Part shown: in pieces, positions 17,819-28,575 of the stretch
How the letters are laid out: every line of letters begins with the position of its first letter
How positions within the stretch are numbered: the first letter of the stretch is position 1
Origin: a virus
Length of the DNA stretch: 64,000 bases
Virus record (IMG/VR): IMGVR_UViG_3300021963_000110
Location: 4,220 to 68,219 of that record
Reading direction: 5' to 3' (one strand)
The notes under the pieces: generated by a model
Told to the model about the DNA's origin: nothing
The model's input: the letters and a program-made list of their open reading frames with translations, nothing else
Databases searched by the model: none
Made by a program: the position numbers and the translations under genes

Positions 17819-17826
17819 TATTTATT
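17819..17826 (-). promoter_or_regulatory. Putative late promoter (AATAAATA)
   Basis: NATAAATA about 22 nt upstream of the 17796 start. Confidence 0.4.
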
Positions 17827-18181
17827 CAGGCAAGACTAGCTCAACCCATGCAAGAGTAGGCTCATCCCAACGATATAATTTACCGTCATTTGGATACGCA
17901 ACAGGCGCTTCCCATAAACATTTATCCTCATTTAATACCCATGAATCAAATCCTTTAGGCGGAATAAATGCATCTCTTGCTGCATCATACGTATATCCAA
18001 TGCCTGCATAATTTTTACGCAAAGGAGTCCCGCCTTGTGTATGTACTCCGCCGTGAGTATTATATGATGTTTGAATCCATGTTGCAGGGTCTCCAAACAG
18101 ACCAGTGTTAATTACATCCTGTTCTGCTACAATAACTTGTGCAACAATATTATTTCCATCGATTTGTGCAAAATGTGCCAT
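17822..18181 (-). CDS. Small fibre-associated protein (MAHFAQ family), chaperone-like
   Basis: RKNYAGIGYTYD..RDAFIPPK...WVLNE..C.WEAPV.YP.DGK.Y.WDE; follows a Gly-rich gene. Confidence 0.7.
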   Translation of the reverse strand: MAHFAQIDGNNIVAQVIVAEQDVINTGLFGDPATWIQTSYNTHGGVHTQGGTPLRKNYAGIGYTYDAARDAFIPPKGFDSWVLNEDKCLWEAPVAYPNDGKLYRWDEPTLAWVELVLPE

Positions 18182-18193
18182 TATATTTTCTCC

Positions 18194-19951
18194 TTAAAAA
18201 ATGATTGATCCTGATTGCCAGAATCTATAAATTCTATATCCGCCTGTTACTATAACATTCGGCGAACCTGTTGTTGAAGTTGCTGCATCATATGTATCTG
18301 GGTAACGAATAATAACAACACCGGAACCACCTGCTCCTGCGGGATTTGAGAGATCGGATACACCACCGCCACCGCCGCCCACGTTTACATTACCAGAATT
18401 GCCAGGTCCGGTTACTTTGCCTGCCCCACCTCCACCTGCACCTCCAGCGCCTCCGCTATTGCCAACACCTCCGCCACCGCCGGCATAGGTTACACTTGTA
18501 CCTGTTATTGAATTGGCAATACCAGCACCACCCGGGCCGCCTACTGTGCCGCTTGGAGCATTTCCACCAACTGCTCCCGCACCGCCACCGCCTGCACCGG
18601 CAGCATTGCCATCTTGTGCCCACGGAGTTCCTCCAGCATATCCTTGAGGGGGCGAAGTGGGCGGAGTATTGCCTGCGCCACCTGCTCTTTGTTGCCCGCT
18701 ACCACCGCCACCGCCACCGCCACCTGAACCGCCAGGAGAACCATTTGTGGTTGCACCGCCATTATAATAACCACCGCCACCGCCTCCGTTTGCTATAACG
18801 GTCATTGCTGCAACGATTGAAGAGTTGCCGCCCGTTACACCTTGATTGTAACCTGTTATTGCAGTACCGCCTGCGCCTACTGTGACTAAAATATTACTAC
18901 TAGGAGCAATTACAAGATTTGCGCCAGATACATAACCACCTGCTCCGCCGCCGCCACCGTAAATGCCTCCGCCTCCGCCACCACCAGCAACTACTAAATA
19001 TTCTACCAACGATGGTTTTGTTGAAGTAGTCACATTCAATGATCCTGATTGCCAGAATCTATAAATGATATTGCCTCCAGATATAGTTACATTTGGAGAA
19101 CCTGTTGTTGCAGCAGCCGGATATGTCATTGGGTAACTAATAAAGAATACACCTGAACCACCTTGTCCTGCGCCTGATGAACTGCTATAATTGCCACCAC
19201 CTCCACCACCACCTAAATTAGTAGCGCCTGCAGTTCCTGCTCCATTGCCACCTCCACCGGTACCGCCACCCCCAAGTCCGCCCGCAGGAGATGAACCAGT
19301 AGTTCCGCCTCCACCTCCACCGGCATAAGCAACATTGGAACCAGATATTGTAGAATTTGCTCCTCGGCCGCCTACACCTATACCAACTGTTCCATTTGTG
19401 CCAGCTGCGCTTGCGCCACCGCCACCGCCACCATTGTCATATGAGGAATTGTCAGATGCACCATTGCCGCCAGCAAAACCTTGTCCCGGATATGCTGATC
19501 CACCAGCATTGCCTTTTGAGTTTGCACCGCCGCCTGAGCCACCCGATTTACCTACAAATGCTCCGCTAGATTGAGGGTATGATGCTGAACCATTCCAGCT
19601 ACCACCACCGCCACCACCTACGGATAAGACAATATTTGCACCGCCTACGGGTTGTATATAAGTGTTTCCGCCATTGCCGCCAGAAACACCTGAACTACCG
19701 GTTGTTCCACCTGCGCCAACTAAAATAGAATATGTTGTTCCGATTGCAAGTGCTGTAGTATTTGTTAGATAACCACCGCCACCACCGCCACCACCCCAAA
19801 CAGATCCACCTCCACCACCGCCACCGGCAACTGATAGATATGAAATTGCAAGCTGTAAAGATGGGTCAGTTGGAAATGTAGTTGGCCAAAGGTTTAACCC
19901 GGCAAACTCATTTACCTTATTTAGCGTTAGAATGTCGTTGTATATTGCCAT
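18194..19951 (-). CDS. Adhesin-like protein with two tandem Gly-rich domains
   Basis: Two units of YLxVAGGGGGG...GGSGVxII.YP...YRFWQSGS. Confidence 0.75.
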   Translation of the reverse strand: MAIYNDILTLNKVNEFAGLNLWPTTFPTDPSLQLAISYLSVAGGGGGGGSVWGGGGGGGGYLTNTTALAIGTTYSILVGAGGTTGSSGVSGGNGGNTYIQPVGGANIVLSVGGGGGGSWNGSASYPQSSGAFVGKSGGSGGGANSKGNAGGSAYPGQGFAGGNGASDNSSYDNGGGGGGASAAGTNGTVGIGVGGRGANSTISGSNVAYAGGGGGGTTGSSPAGGLGGGGTGGGGNGAGTAGATNLGGGGGGGNYSSSSGAGQGGSGVFFISYPMTYPAAATTGSPNVTISGGNIIYRFWQSGSLNVTTSTKPSLVEYLVVAGGGGGGGIYGGGGGAGGYVSGANLVIAPSSNILVTVGAGGTAITGYNQGVTGGNSSIVAAMTVIANGGGGGGYYNGGATTNGSPGGSGGGGGGGGSGQQRAGGAGNTPPTSPPQGYAGGTPWAQDGNAAGAGGGGAGAVGGNAPSGTVGGPGGAGIANSITGTSVTYAGGGGGVGNSGGAGGAGGGGAGKVTGPGNSGNVNVGGGGGGVSDLSNPAGAGGSGVVIIRYPDTYDAATSTTGSPNVIVTGGYRIYRFWQSGSIIF

Positions 19952-19958
19952 TGTACTC

Positions 19959-20420
19959 TTAGATTAATATCCAATCGTTAGTATCTTTATCCCATTCATA
20001 TAAATTACCATCCATTGGATATGGTTTATTCGCAACATCGATACTTAGTTCTTCTAATTTTTTACGTCTTTCCCAATACTCAGGATGAACATCGTTAATA
20101 AAATATGGACGTGATGTTTCTGGTACTATGTCAGATACATCGCCATCTACATCTCGTATAGCAAAAACACAGTACCAAGCTACATTGTCTGTTATTGCTT
20201 TAAATTTATGAGGCTTTTCTTTTTTAATAACAATGAATGTGGGCGCAGTAAAAGTTCTAGGAGGATTGCCTTCTACTTCAACTTCTACTGTGCCGCTAAC
20301 CAATAAACTCACATGATCAAACAAATGATAATGACCTGATGTTTCATCACCTGCATTCTGTAATTCATTTTGTCTTACCCATATGTTGCCAAAATAACCC
20401 AAGTCATGTCGTTTTCTCAT
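19959..20420 (-). CDS. Cupin-fold protein with a C-terminal fibre-chaperone-like motif (start revised to MRKRHDLG)
   Basis: GHYHLFDH...KPHKF metal-ligand pattern; tail PYPMDGNLYEWDKDTNDW. Confidence 0.7.
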   Translation of the reverse strand: MRKRHDLGYFGNIWVRQNELQNAGDETSGHYHLFDHVSLLVSGTVEVEVEGNPPRTFTAPTFIVIKKEKPHKFKAITDNVAWYCVFAIRDVDGDVSDIVPETSRPYFINDVHPEYWERRKKLEELSIDVANKPYPMDGNLYEWDKDTNDWILI

Positions 20421-20422
20421 AT

Positions 20423-20812
20423 TTATCCTAAAATTGCAACATTGGGCATTTCCACCCAATCTTTAATATCTTCATCCCATGCATAAAATTTACCATCTGT
20501 TCCATTATATTTTGACGGAACAGGTGGTTCCCACCTGCAAGTATTTTCATTTAAAATCCAACTAGGATATAACTTAGGTGGAATAAATGCATCTCTGCCT
20601 TCATCATATGTATAACCTATACCTGCAGTGTTTTTTCTAAATCTTTGAGTAAAACTAGATTGTACCCATTTTTTGCTATTCGGCCATAGTGTTTTACAAA
20701 ACTCTATTCCTTTTTGTTCGCTTTCAACGCCATCAACAATGATATCAGAATTGTTTATCGCTACAATTTGAATTACAACATTGCTCTCGTCAACTTCTGC
20801 AAAATTTGCCAT
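20423..20812 (-). CDS. Small fibre-associated protein (MANFAE), paralogue of 17822..18181
   Basis: FRKNTAGIGYTYDEGRDAFIPPKLYPSWILNENTCRWEPPVP. Confidence 0.7.
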   Translation of the reverse strand: MANFAEVDESNVVIQIVAINNSDIIVDGVESEQKGIEFCKTLWPNSKKWVQSSFTQRFRKNTAGIGYTYDEGRDAFIPPKLYPSWILNENTCRWEPPVPSKYNGTDGKFYAWDEDIKDWVEMPNVAILG

Positions 20813-20823
20813 CTATAATCCTT

Positions 20824-21762
20824 TCACGCAAGAGTTGTAAAGGTGCCGCTACCGGTAAATATGTGCAGATACCATCCTGGTCTTGTTGTAGTATCTATTG
20901 TGCCACCTGTAGCTTTTGCTCTAGATGATTGATATGCAATAATTACAATACCACTACCACCAAAACCTTTTACCGCATTACCGTCACCATTGTGCAGGTC
21001 CGACCCTCCACCGCCACCTCCGCCAGAATTTTGTACACCAGGATTACCCCATGAACCAGATGCACCATATGCTGCACCATATGGACCATATCCGCCGGCA
21101 CCGCCACCGCCGGCACCACCAACACCACCTGAGCCTGCACCGTTTAATAATCCACCGCCACCGCCACCGCCAGCAAACCAGCCGCCGGTTACTATACCAT
21201 TGGGTTGACCTCCAGATGCTCCTCCAGTAACAACTGCGAATTCTGTATATCGCAAACCTGCGCCTCCAGCCCCACCTGCATTGCCCGATGAATTACTACC
21301 AGCAGCGCCTGCACCGCCACCACCGCCACCTGCACTATTGTTACCGCCGCCTGCAGGCGTACCGCCAGCAAAACCTTGTCCTGATATACCGGCTTGTGCC
21401 GCACCACCGGAACCACCCGTCGAATTAAATTTACCGCCACCTACTGCTATAAGATTAACGGTTCCCCCCACTACTGAACTATTAGATCCGTTAGACCCAG
21501 CACCAGTAGCACCTGCAACAGTAACAGTATATGCAGTACTTTTCGTCAATTCTATAGGTGCACCGTTTGGAGTCTTTGGTGTAGAATTATCGCCATAATA
21601 TAATAAACCACCTGCACCACCGCCGCCTGTACGATGGTCTCCGCCCGAACCACCCGCAGCAACAATTAACATTTCATATGTATCAGGAGGAATAAACCAA
21701 GAACCTTCTATAGATAATTGGTAAACTTTACTTAAATTAAAAATATTATTGTATACTGCCAT
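20824..21762 (-). CDS. Gly-rich adhesin-like protein
   Basis: LIVAAGGSGG...GGSGIVIIAY...HIFTGSGTFT. Confidence 0.75.
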   Translation of the reverse strand: MAVYNNIFNLSKVYQLSIEGSWFIPPDTYEMLIVAAGGSGGDHRTGGGGAGGLLYYGDNSTPKTPNGAPIELTKSTAYTVTVAGATGAGSNGSNSSVVGGTVNLIAVGGGKFNSTGGSGGAAQAGISGQGFAGGTPAGGGNNSAGGGGGGAGAAGSNSSGNAGGAGGAGLRYTEFAVVTGGASGGQPNGIVTGGWFAGGGGGGGLLNGAGSGGVGGAGGGGAGGYGPYGAAYGASGSWGNPGVQNSGGGGGGGSDLHNGDGNAVKGFGGSGIVIIAYQSSRAKATGGTIDTTTRPGWYLHIFTGSGTFTTLA

Positions 21763-21949
21763 TTTTATTTTCTATAGTAATTCTATCCCATAAATCTATT
21801 GGACATTTTTTATAAGGCAATTTTGTTTTAACTGGCATAAAGCAATTGCATTTATTGCAAAATTTTAGAGTAGTAAAATTCTCACAACCTTCACAAATTT
21901 TATATCTGTACTGTTGTACTTCTTCAGATACAAATAAATTATCTAACAT
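21746..21949 (-). CDS. Cys-rich DUF6171-like small protein
   Basis: RYKICEGC...CNKCNCFMPVKTKL...CPIDLW. Confidence 0.7.
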   Translation of the reverse strand: MLDNLFVSEEVQQYRYKICEGCENFTTLKFCNKCNCFMPVKTKLPYKKCPIDLWDRITIENKNGSIQ

Positions 21950-23207
21950 AAATTTCTACTCTTGCAGATCGGTTAATACCTGTAGTATCTTGGCAGCAAG
22001 AAATTCTATCTCCTGCAGAATAATTTCCCCAAGCACTATCCATACCTATACCACCTGATACGTCACTTGAACCTGTTGCACCACCGCTCGCAAGTGTAGC
22101 GGGCGTGGCATAATTGCCTTCACCATTCTCATTCCATCCAAATCCCCATCTAACTTTAGCGGCGTTAGAGCCACTGTATGATAATCCTTCATTTTTAAAG
22201 TTAAATCCATAAAAATTAACATCGGCTTGGCTAGAAAACACTCCATTTGCCCAATTAGATGAAGATTTAGCGAGACCAATAAATTTTCCACCATAATTGC
22301 CTGCGGTGTTAACTGTGCCGGTATTAAATGTACCTGCAGTATTAAAGAAACTTATGGGAGTTATTCTCGTGCCATCATTAAAATTATTTTGCAACCATGA
22401 CCAGCAACTATATGGGTTAGTTCCAAGGCCGCCCCCATTAGTTGTAATGTCTGGCCATAATGCCATTATATCTTTAGCTGCAAAATAATTCATAGTATCA
22501 AATTTTGCATCTTGATTCGTTCTGTCAGTATATGTAGGATTTAACGTATTATTTGTTGTCCAATAATTTGCAGAATAATTAAAGGTCGTACCTGTAGTAG
22601 CCTTCATTGCCATCATCCATCCGCCACCATTTGCAGATGAATTCATTAAACAGTATACTTGAGTGGGTCCAACCGTTGGTAAATTGATCCAATACAGGCC
22701 ATCTGTATTTGTGCCCGTCAATGATTTAATTGACTCAGCGGATAAAGCTGCTCTTGCCGCTGAAGAACCATCTGCGGATAAAGTAGCAATTGTGGATGTT
22801 GATACTGGTATAACAGGACTAATTAAAATATTACTTGTACTAATAATATTGGGGCCTGTAATAGAATCTGTTCTTAATTGAAATGTTGATATTTTAGAAT
22901 TAGCATTTATATCAATTGAATTTCGTTTTGTAAATTTTATAATGCCTGTGGAATCTACATACAATTGACCGGATAAAGAATTATCATCAAAATCTGCTCT
23001 TGTAAGCGCATTAGGAGAATTTACAGGACTTAGTGTGTAATAAAGAAACTGATTTTGATATTGCTTTTGCGTATCAATTGTAAATTCAATTACTTTTGAG
23101 TCCTGTGTCACGGTTACTATAGGTGTAGCATTTGCCCAGGCATTTTGATTTTGCCTGATCTTTACGTCATTTAACGTAAAAATACCTACTGTATTTGTAT
23201 CAGCCAT
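21939..23207 (-). CDS. Fibre protein with a C-terminal fibrinogen-like domain
   Basis: DGLYWINLP...QVYCLMN...GGGWMMAMK (YCxM...GGGW). Confidence 0.7.
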   Translation of the reverse strand: MADTNTVGIFTLNDVKIRQNQNAWANATPIVTVTQDSKVIEFTIDTQKQYQNQFLYYTLSPVNSPNALTRADFDDNSLSGQLYVDSTGIIKFTKRNSIDINANSKISTFQLRTDSITGPNIISTSNILISPVIPVSTSTIATLSADGSSAARAALSAESIKSLTGTNTDGLYWINLPTVGPTQVYCLMNSSANGGGWMMAMKATTGTTFNYSANYWTTNNTLNPTYTDRTNQDAKFDTMNYFAAKDIMALWPDITTNGGGLGTNPYSCWSWLQNNFNDGTRITPISFFNTAGTFNTGTVNTAGNYGGKFIGLAKSSSNWANGVFSSQADVNFYGFNFKNEGLSYSGSNAAKVRWGFGWNENGEGNYATPATLASGGATGSSDVSGGIGMDSAWGNYSAGDRISCCQDTTGINRSARVEIYVR

Positions 23208-23208
23208 T

Positions 23209-24063
23209 TTAAGAAATTACTCTACCTGAAACAAAAGCGGAAATTGTATTTGCAAATGATGTATATGCAACCAAACGATCATTTGCATCTAAGCGTTTTA
23301 CATTCTCACAAATTTCTACCACACAATTCGTAGGAATAATTAGTGTGTAAACAAAATATGCCTTAGGAGAACCTGTTGCGTTTGCCCAGTACATTGTTGT
23401 TGCTACATTTGCTGTACCAGTATTAACTAAACGAATTGATTCAATAACTGTAGGCGCACCCGTTGAAACATAAACATTTGTGTTTGATAATGTCAACAAT
23501 GCTGCATTGCTAACATATGCATTGCTAGCAATTCTTTCAAATGTGATTGTAGCATTTAAACTAGTTGTTCCGCCGCATTTTAATTTTAAAATTTCACCTG
23601 GTCTAAAGACTTGTGGCTTCTTTAAAAGCTCTAAAGATAATCTATACGGAATAGGTATCTCGTTACAGTGATTTATTTCTTGATTAGTTACGGTAACAAT
23701 GTTACTGGATACGTTAACATTAAGTGCCCCTGCATTATCCATATTTGTAACTAATATTGAATCTACAAGATAACTAAAACCGGGGGTAGAAGGAAACACT
23801 ATAGCATTTGCCATAGATGTTGTTACTGTATATGCCGCAACATTTGAAACTGCGCCAGAAAACAATCCGCTGGTAACTACGCCGCCGGGTGTATATTTGC
23901 CGGTAGCACTGTCCCAAATAAGTCCCTGCCCTGCAGTAGGAGCGGTAGTACTGTTATCAATAATCAATGATGTAAAATTAACATTACTTGCATTAACTGA
24001 AGCAACACTGCCTTCAGAACTTGCAATAGGATTAATTAGTCTTGGATTAATTCTCGTGGTCAT
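23209..24063 (-). CDS. Virion protein with two tandem ~110-aa adaptor-like domains
   Basis: SILVTN...IPYRLSLELLKKP...TITFE and IESIRLVN...VEICENVKRL; paralogue of 33598..34752. Confidence 0.65.
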   Translation of the reverse strand: MTTRINPRLINPIASSEGSVASVNASNVNFTSLIIDNSTTAPTAGQGLIWDSATGKYTPGGVVTSGLFSGAVSNVAAYTVTTSMANAIVFPSTPGFSYLVDSILVTNMDNAGALNVNVSSNIVTVTNQEINHCNEIPIPYRLSLELLKKPQVFRPGEILKLKCGGTTSLNATITFERIASNAYVSNAALLTLSNTNVYVSTGAPTVIESIRLVNTGTANVATTMYWANATGSPKAYFVYTLIIPTNCVVEICENVKRLDANDRLVAYTSFANTISAFVSGRVIS

Positions 24064-24091
24064 TTACAGATGCCTTTTGTTTTTCTAATAT

Positions 24092-24099
24092 TATTTATA
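24092..24099 (-). promoter_or_regulatory. T4-type late promoter TATAAATA
   Basis: Exact consensus 28 nt upstream of the 24063 start. Confidence 0.6.
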
Positions 24100-24490
24100 T
24101 GTCAAGCTTTAATTGTTTTTCCCAATAATTATCTCTGCAACCTCTAGCAGATCTAGGATCATGCTGCTCGCCGTAAATATCTTCTATTACTTCACCATCT
24201 AAATTTCGCAATGCAAAAACACAGTAATAAATTACATCGTCTTCCAAAGCTACAATTTGATGTTTTAATTCTTTTTTAATTACTATAAATGTGGGAGCAA
24301 CAAACTCTTTTGGTTCTTCGCCCTCGACACTTACCAACACACTACCTTTAACAAGCATTGTAACATGGTCAAAGTAATGACGATGCCCATCTTGCGCCTC
24401 ACCTTTTTTATCAAGTCTATTTTGTCGTATCCAAATATTACCAAAATAACCAAGATCAGTATGCTTATTGTTTATAATTGGTTCTGTCAT
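24095..24490 (-). CDS. Cupin-fold protein, paralogue of 19959..20420
   Basis: DLGYFGNIWIRQN...GHRHYFDH...APTFIVIKK..KH...YCVFALR. Confidence 0.7.
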   Translation of the reverse strand: MTEPIINNKHTDLGYFGNIWIRQNRLDKKGEAQDGHRHYFDHVTMLVKGSVLVSVEGEEPKEFVAPTFIVIKKELKHQIVALEDDVIYYCVFALRNLDGEVIEDIYGEQHDPRSARGCRDNYWEKQLKLDI

Positions 24491-24491
24491 T

Positions 24492-27400
24492 TTATCTTAC
24501 CTGTAGCATTCCAATTGAGGGTGTAAAGTTTGCGGTGTAACGAACATTGCCCTTAGTTACTCGAACATCATCGAGGTATCCATAAAAGAATTCAGACGGA
24601 CCCGAAGTATAATATCCGCCAACAAATTGAATTGCTTCTGTTAAATTGTAACTAGTTGAAGTACCAGCAACATTGCCATTTAAATACAGAGTTTGTGTTG
24701 ATCCGTTGTTACTGCCAACCCAAGCAACGTGTGTCCAAGTATTTGCTGCAGGGATAGCTGCAGTTATGCCGTTGCCACCAAGTGCGCCCGCAGCAAAATT
24801 GCCGGCACTAAATCTAATACAGAATGTGCCGCCACCGAAGCCTCCACTTGTAGATGTTACTATTCTACGATATCCATCTGTTTGTATAGGATACATCCAA
24901 AATTCTACAGTTGCGTTGGCGCCACCTATAACTTCTTGCGTGCTTGAAGCAATTTGTAAATAGTCACCTGATCCATCAAAGAATAAACTACTACCTGGGT
25001 TTCTTCTGAATGGATTAAATGTTCTAACTGCAGTTTGGCCTGTAACAGTAATAGCAAAATTATTTGTAGAATTATCTCTAAATCTATTTGACTGACAAGT
25101 TAATAACGATGTGCCGGATACTGCTGTTAGTGGCTCGGTTGGAGGTGTAAATGCTGCAGTATAAAGTGCTGTGCCTTTTACTACTCGGAAATTACTAATA
25201 TTGCCTAATAAAAATCCGCCTACCCCTGCACCTAAACATCCTAAGAACATTCCGTTACTGGCTCCAGCTGTAAATGATGAGGAAGTTGTATATGTACTGC
25301 CACTTTGTACACCATTCACAAATAACTTCATGGAAGAACCAGCGCGAGTTAGCGCAACATGATTCCATTGACTATTAGCTACCGGTATTGTGCCAGTAAT
25401 AACAACACCAGTATTAGGAATTTGTATGCACAAACTTGATGTAATCCCGCTGCCATCATAAAACATTGCGTCTAGGTAGAAAGCGGATCCTGATCCAAAA
25501 GACCAAAGTCTACGACCGTATGGATCTAATGAAATTGTAGATGTATTAACCCAACACTCTATTGTAAAATCTGCGTCAAAACTTAAAGCGGAAGAAGCCG
25601 GAACACTTAAATAATCTCCAGCACCATCAAAGTAATTACTGTAATAAGAACCTGAGTATGCAGTCTCAAATCCCAACTTAGCATCGCCTACAGATTCAGC
25701 ATCAATATACATCGTAGCATCTTTAATTGCGCCATCTGTAAAATTCAGCATTGCTGCAGTATTTGCAACTGAGAATGTTGTGTTTACATTAGTTGTATTT
25801 GAGTATATTAAAGAATTGCCACTTAGAGTCAGAGGTAAAGATGGAGGTGTAAAATTGCCAGTATAAACTGCATTTCTAACAAATCTAAAATCGGAAACAT
25901 ATCCACTAAAGTAATACGCGTATGTGCCAGGATTGCCGCCAACGTATATAGTAGTAGGCGCATCTACCCACGATACAGTTCCCGATCCCCCGGCAATACC
26001 ATTAATATATAAGGTAGTTGTGCTTCCACTTTTTACCAAAGCAATATGTTGCCAACGATATAATGTTGATGGAATTGAAGTACTTATGGGACTACTAGTT
26101 CCAAACTGATTTAAAATAAAAGCATTATTTCCTGGTAGTACACCATAAGTAGCTCCAGAAGATGGAATAAAGGTCATATATCTAGCACTTTGGCTTAGAT
26201 CGGAAAAACTGTAATACCATGCTTCAATTGTCCAATTACCAATAGATAAATTATAAATAGCACTTTGCGGACTACCAATATAATCGCCATTACTGTCAAA
26301 ATACGCAGATCCACCTGTAATTTCCGGACTTACATTGGCAGTGCGACCAAATGGTGAGAACGTTTGAGCTACAACTGTTCCTGTAATAGTTTGTGATATT
26401 TTATTAATACTTGTATCTGCAAGATTATAAGAATTTAATCCAAGATAAGAAACATTAGCTGAAGTAATTGCAGTAACATTTGCACCTGCAGTAACAGTTG
26501 TTGTTAACGGTACAGTTGAAGGAGTAAAGTTTCCTGTATAAACAGCTGCACCTTTAACAACTCTAAAGTTGGACATATTGCCAACTAATTCAGTAGTAGA
26601 ATATCCAGGTGAATCGCCTACAGTACTTAATGATAAAGTATTTGTAGATCCAAAGTCTTGACTACCTGTATAAGGTGTGCCAGATAGAACACCATTGATG
26701 TATATTCTTGTAACACCTGTTTGTCTTACAACTGCGATATGTCCCCAAGTTCTTTGAGGTATGCCCGCAGCACTAATAACTGTTGTGGTTCCAATATAAA
26801 GAATAGTATCCGTTGCAGATATAGACATTAAAGGTTTTGTCTGACCCGATCCGCCACCTCCAACTCTAAAGTCCCATGGATATGAATAAGAATCATCTGC
26901 AGAGAAATACCAGAATTCTACAGTATAATCTCCAGTACCAAATCCAAATGCGGTACTTGACGCAGTGATAATATAAGCGGATCCATCAAAATATCCAGAC
27001 CAATTTGAACCGTATGGGCTGAATGTACCTGAATAAGGATTGCCGGCACGAGTAATTAATTGCCTAAAATTACTCTTATCTAAGAACGCATTGTTGTTAT
27101 GCGGTTGCGAAGTCTGCAATAATGACAATGAAGTATTTGCAGATGGGAATGTTGTGTTTACATTAGCTGTAACTGCATATTGTGACGTAGATCCTGCAAT
27201 AGATACCGGTGCAGTCGGCGGAGTAAAATTGCCGGTATATACTACGGTGCCTTTAGTTAATCGGAAGTCGCTCATATACCCATAAACAGGCAGACCTCCT
27301 AAACCATTTCCAATTTGCAAAGCAGCAGAGTTGTTAGAATAAACCCCGGTAGTTCCAGATGCAACAGACACGCCATTTACATAGATTGTAGTAGTTGTCC

Positions 27401-28571
27401 CGTTGTACGTATATGCAATATGATACCATGTATTGGTTGTAATAACGCCCGAAGCACTAACAATCTCATTTGTACCCTGAATGCCGAGACCAATTCTACC
27501 ATTGGAATAATTATAAAAGTTTGTATATCCTGAACCACCAGTACTTGCGTATGTTTGATTAGTGGCAGACATAGATGTATGATACACCCAAAATTCAATT
27601 GTGTAACTGCCAAACGTTGACCAATTAATAGCGTATGTACTATTTAAATAATCGCCGGTACCATCCATGTATGTTGAACCATATGTTGTGTAACTTGCGG
27701 GCAATTCAAATGGATCCGCAGGATCAATTCTAGTATCACCATTTTTAGTAATAGTAAAATTGTTTGTTGATCTATCTACAAATCTATTATCTTGGCAAGT
27801 TAACAGTTGTGTACCTGATACTGCTGTCAATGGTGTTGTACTCGGAGTAAAGTTACTTGTATATAACGCAGTACCTTTAACAACTCTTAAATTAGATAGA
27901 TAACCATTTATGTAGTCGCCCGGAGTAGACCACGCTCCAATATACAATGAACTTGAAACATCATTGATTGTTGGGTATGAGAATGTTGCGCCAGCTTGAG
28001 TCCCGTTAATAAACATATAGCCAGTAGTACCACTTTTTACGACAGCAATGTGTACCCAATTATTTAGAGGAGAATTTTGATTTCTTGCTGTCTTTTGTTC
28101 GCCGGCCCCGTTATGGTAAAAGAAACACCATCCTAAGCTGGTGTCATAATTAATACCCCAGTAAGAAGATGAGCCACCGTATTGATTTATAATATTATTA
28201 TATTGGCCTGGCAAAGATGATGCATAAAACCAAAATTCAATAGTATAATCTGTATTCATTACCCAACCAGCGTTATCAGGCAATGTTAAATAATCTCCGC
28301 TGCCATCAAAGTATGCGCTATAATATCCAGGTGTATATGGATTAAAGTTGCTGGCTCTAGCATCGCCGACAACTGTTACGTTTAAATTATTTAAACTATT
28401 GTCAGCATTAAATGGCAAGTAATCTGTTTCACCTGTTAGCAATAACGAGTTGAATCTAAATGCAGGATCAGAAACATATGTAGGTATTGCGTATTCAACC
28501 GTGGCGTATGTGCCACGTAACATTCCTACATACGTTCTATTTGTGGTATAAAGACCTTTTGTTGTTGCCAT
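24492..28571 (-). CDS. Multi-LamG/ConA lectin fibre protein (about 6 domains)
   Basis: Repeated S.YFDG.GDYL...TIEFW...W.HIA.V...GY.S.FR..KG.A.YT.NFTP. Confidence 0.85.
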   Translation of the reverse strand: MATTKGLYTTNRTYVGMLRGTYATVEYAIPTYVSDPAFRFNSLLLTGETDYLPFNADNSLNNLNVTVVGDARASNFNPYTPGYYSAYFDGSGDYLTLPDNAGWVMNTDYTIEFWFYASSLPGQYNNIINQYGGSSSYWGINYDTSLGWCFFYHNGAGEQKTARNQNSPLNNWVHIAVVKSGTTGYMFINGTQAGATFSYPTINDVSSSLYIGAWSTPGDYINGYLSNLRVVKGTALYTSNFTPSTTPLTAVSGTQLLTCQDNRFVDRSTNNFTITKNGDTRIDPADPFELPASYTTYGSTYMDGTGDYLNSTYAINWSTFGSYTIEFWVYHTSMSATNQTYASTGGSGYTNFYNYSNGRIGLGIQGTNEIVSASGVITTNTWYHIAYTYNGTTTTIYVNGVSVASGTTGVYSNNSAALQIGNGLGGLPVYGYMSDFRLTKGTVVYTGNFTPPTAPVSIAGSTSQYAVTANVNTTFPSANTSLSLLQTSQPHNNNAFLDKSNFRQLITRAGNPYSGTFSPYGSNWSGYFDGSAYIITASSTAFGFGTGDYTVEFWYFSADDSYSYPWDFRVGGGGSGQTKPLMSISATDTILYIGTTTVISAAGIPQRTWGHIAVVRQTGVTRIYINGVLSGTPYTGSQDFGSTNTLSLSTVGDSPGYSTTELVGNMSNFRVVKGAAVYTGNFTPSTVPLTTTVTAGANVTAITSANVSYLGLNSYNLADTSINKISQTITGTVVAQTFSPFGRTANVSPEITGGSAYFDSNGDYIGSPQSAIYNLSIGNWTIEAWYYSFSDLSQSARYMTFIPSSGATYGVLPGNNAFILNQFGTSSPISTSIPSTLYRWQHIALVKSGSTTTLYINGIAGGSGTVSWVDAPTTIYVGGNPGTYAYYFSGYVSDFRFVRNAVYTGNFTPPSLPLTLSGNSLIYSNTTNVNTTFSVANTAAMLNFTDGAIKDATMYIDAESVGDAKLGFETAYSGSYYSNYFDGAGDYLSVPASSALSFDADFTIECWVNTSTISLDPYGRRLWSFGSGSAFYLDAMFYDGSGITSSLCIQIPNTGVVITGTIPVANSQWNHVALTRAGSSMKLFVNGVQSGSTYTTSSSFTAGASNGMFLGCLGAGVGGFLLGNISNFRVVKGTALYTAAFTPPTEPLTAVSGTSLLTCQSNRFRDNSTNNFAITVTGQTAVRTFNPFRRNPGSSLFFDGSGDYLQIASSTQEVIGGANATVEFWMYPIQTDGYRRIVTSTSGGFGGGTFCIRFSAGNFAAGALGGNGITAAIPAANTWTHVAWVGSNNGSTQTLYLNGNVAGTSTSYNLTEAIQFVGGYYTSGPSEFFYGYLDDVRVTKGNVRYTANFTPSIGMLQVR

Positions 28572-28575
28572 TTTA

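Noticed and set aside
18194-21762. CCG/CCA-rich tandem-looking repeats suggesting a CRISPR array or microsatellite
   Set aside because: They encode poly-Gly; no constant repeat-spacer periodicity and no cas genes
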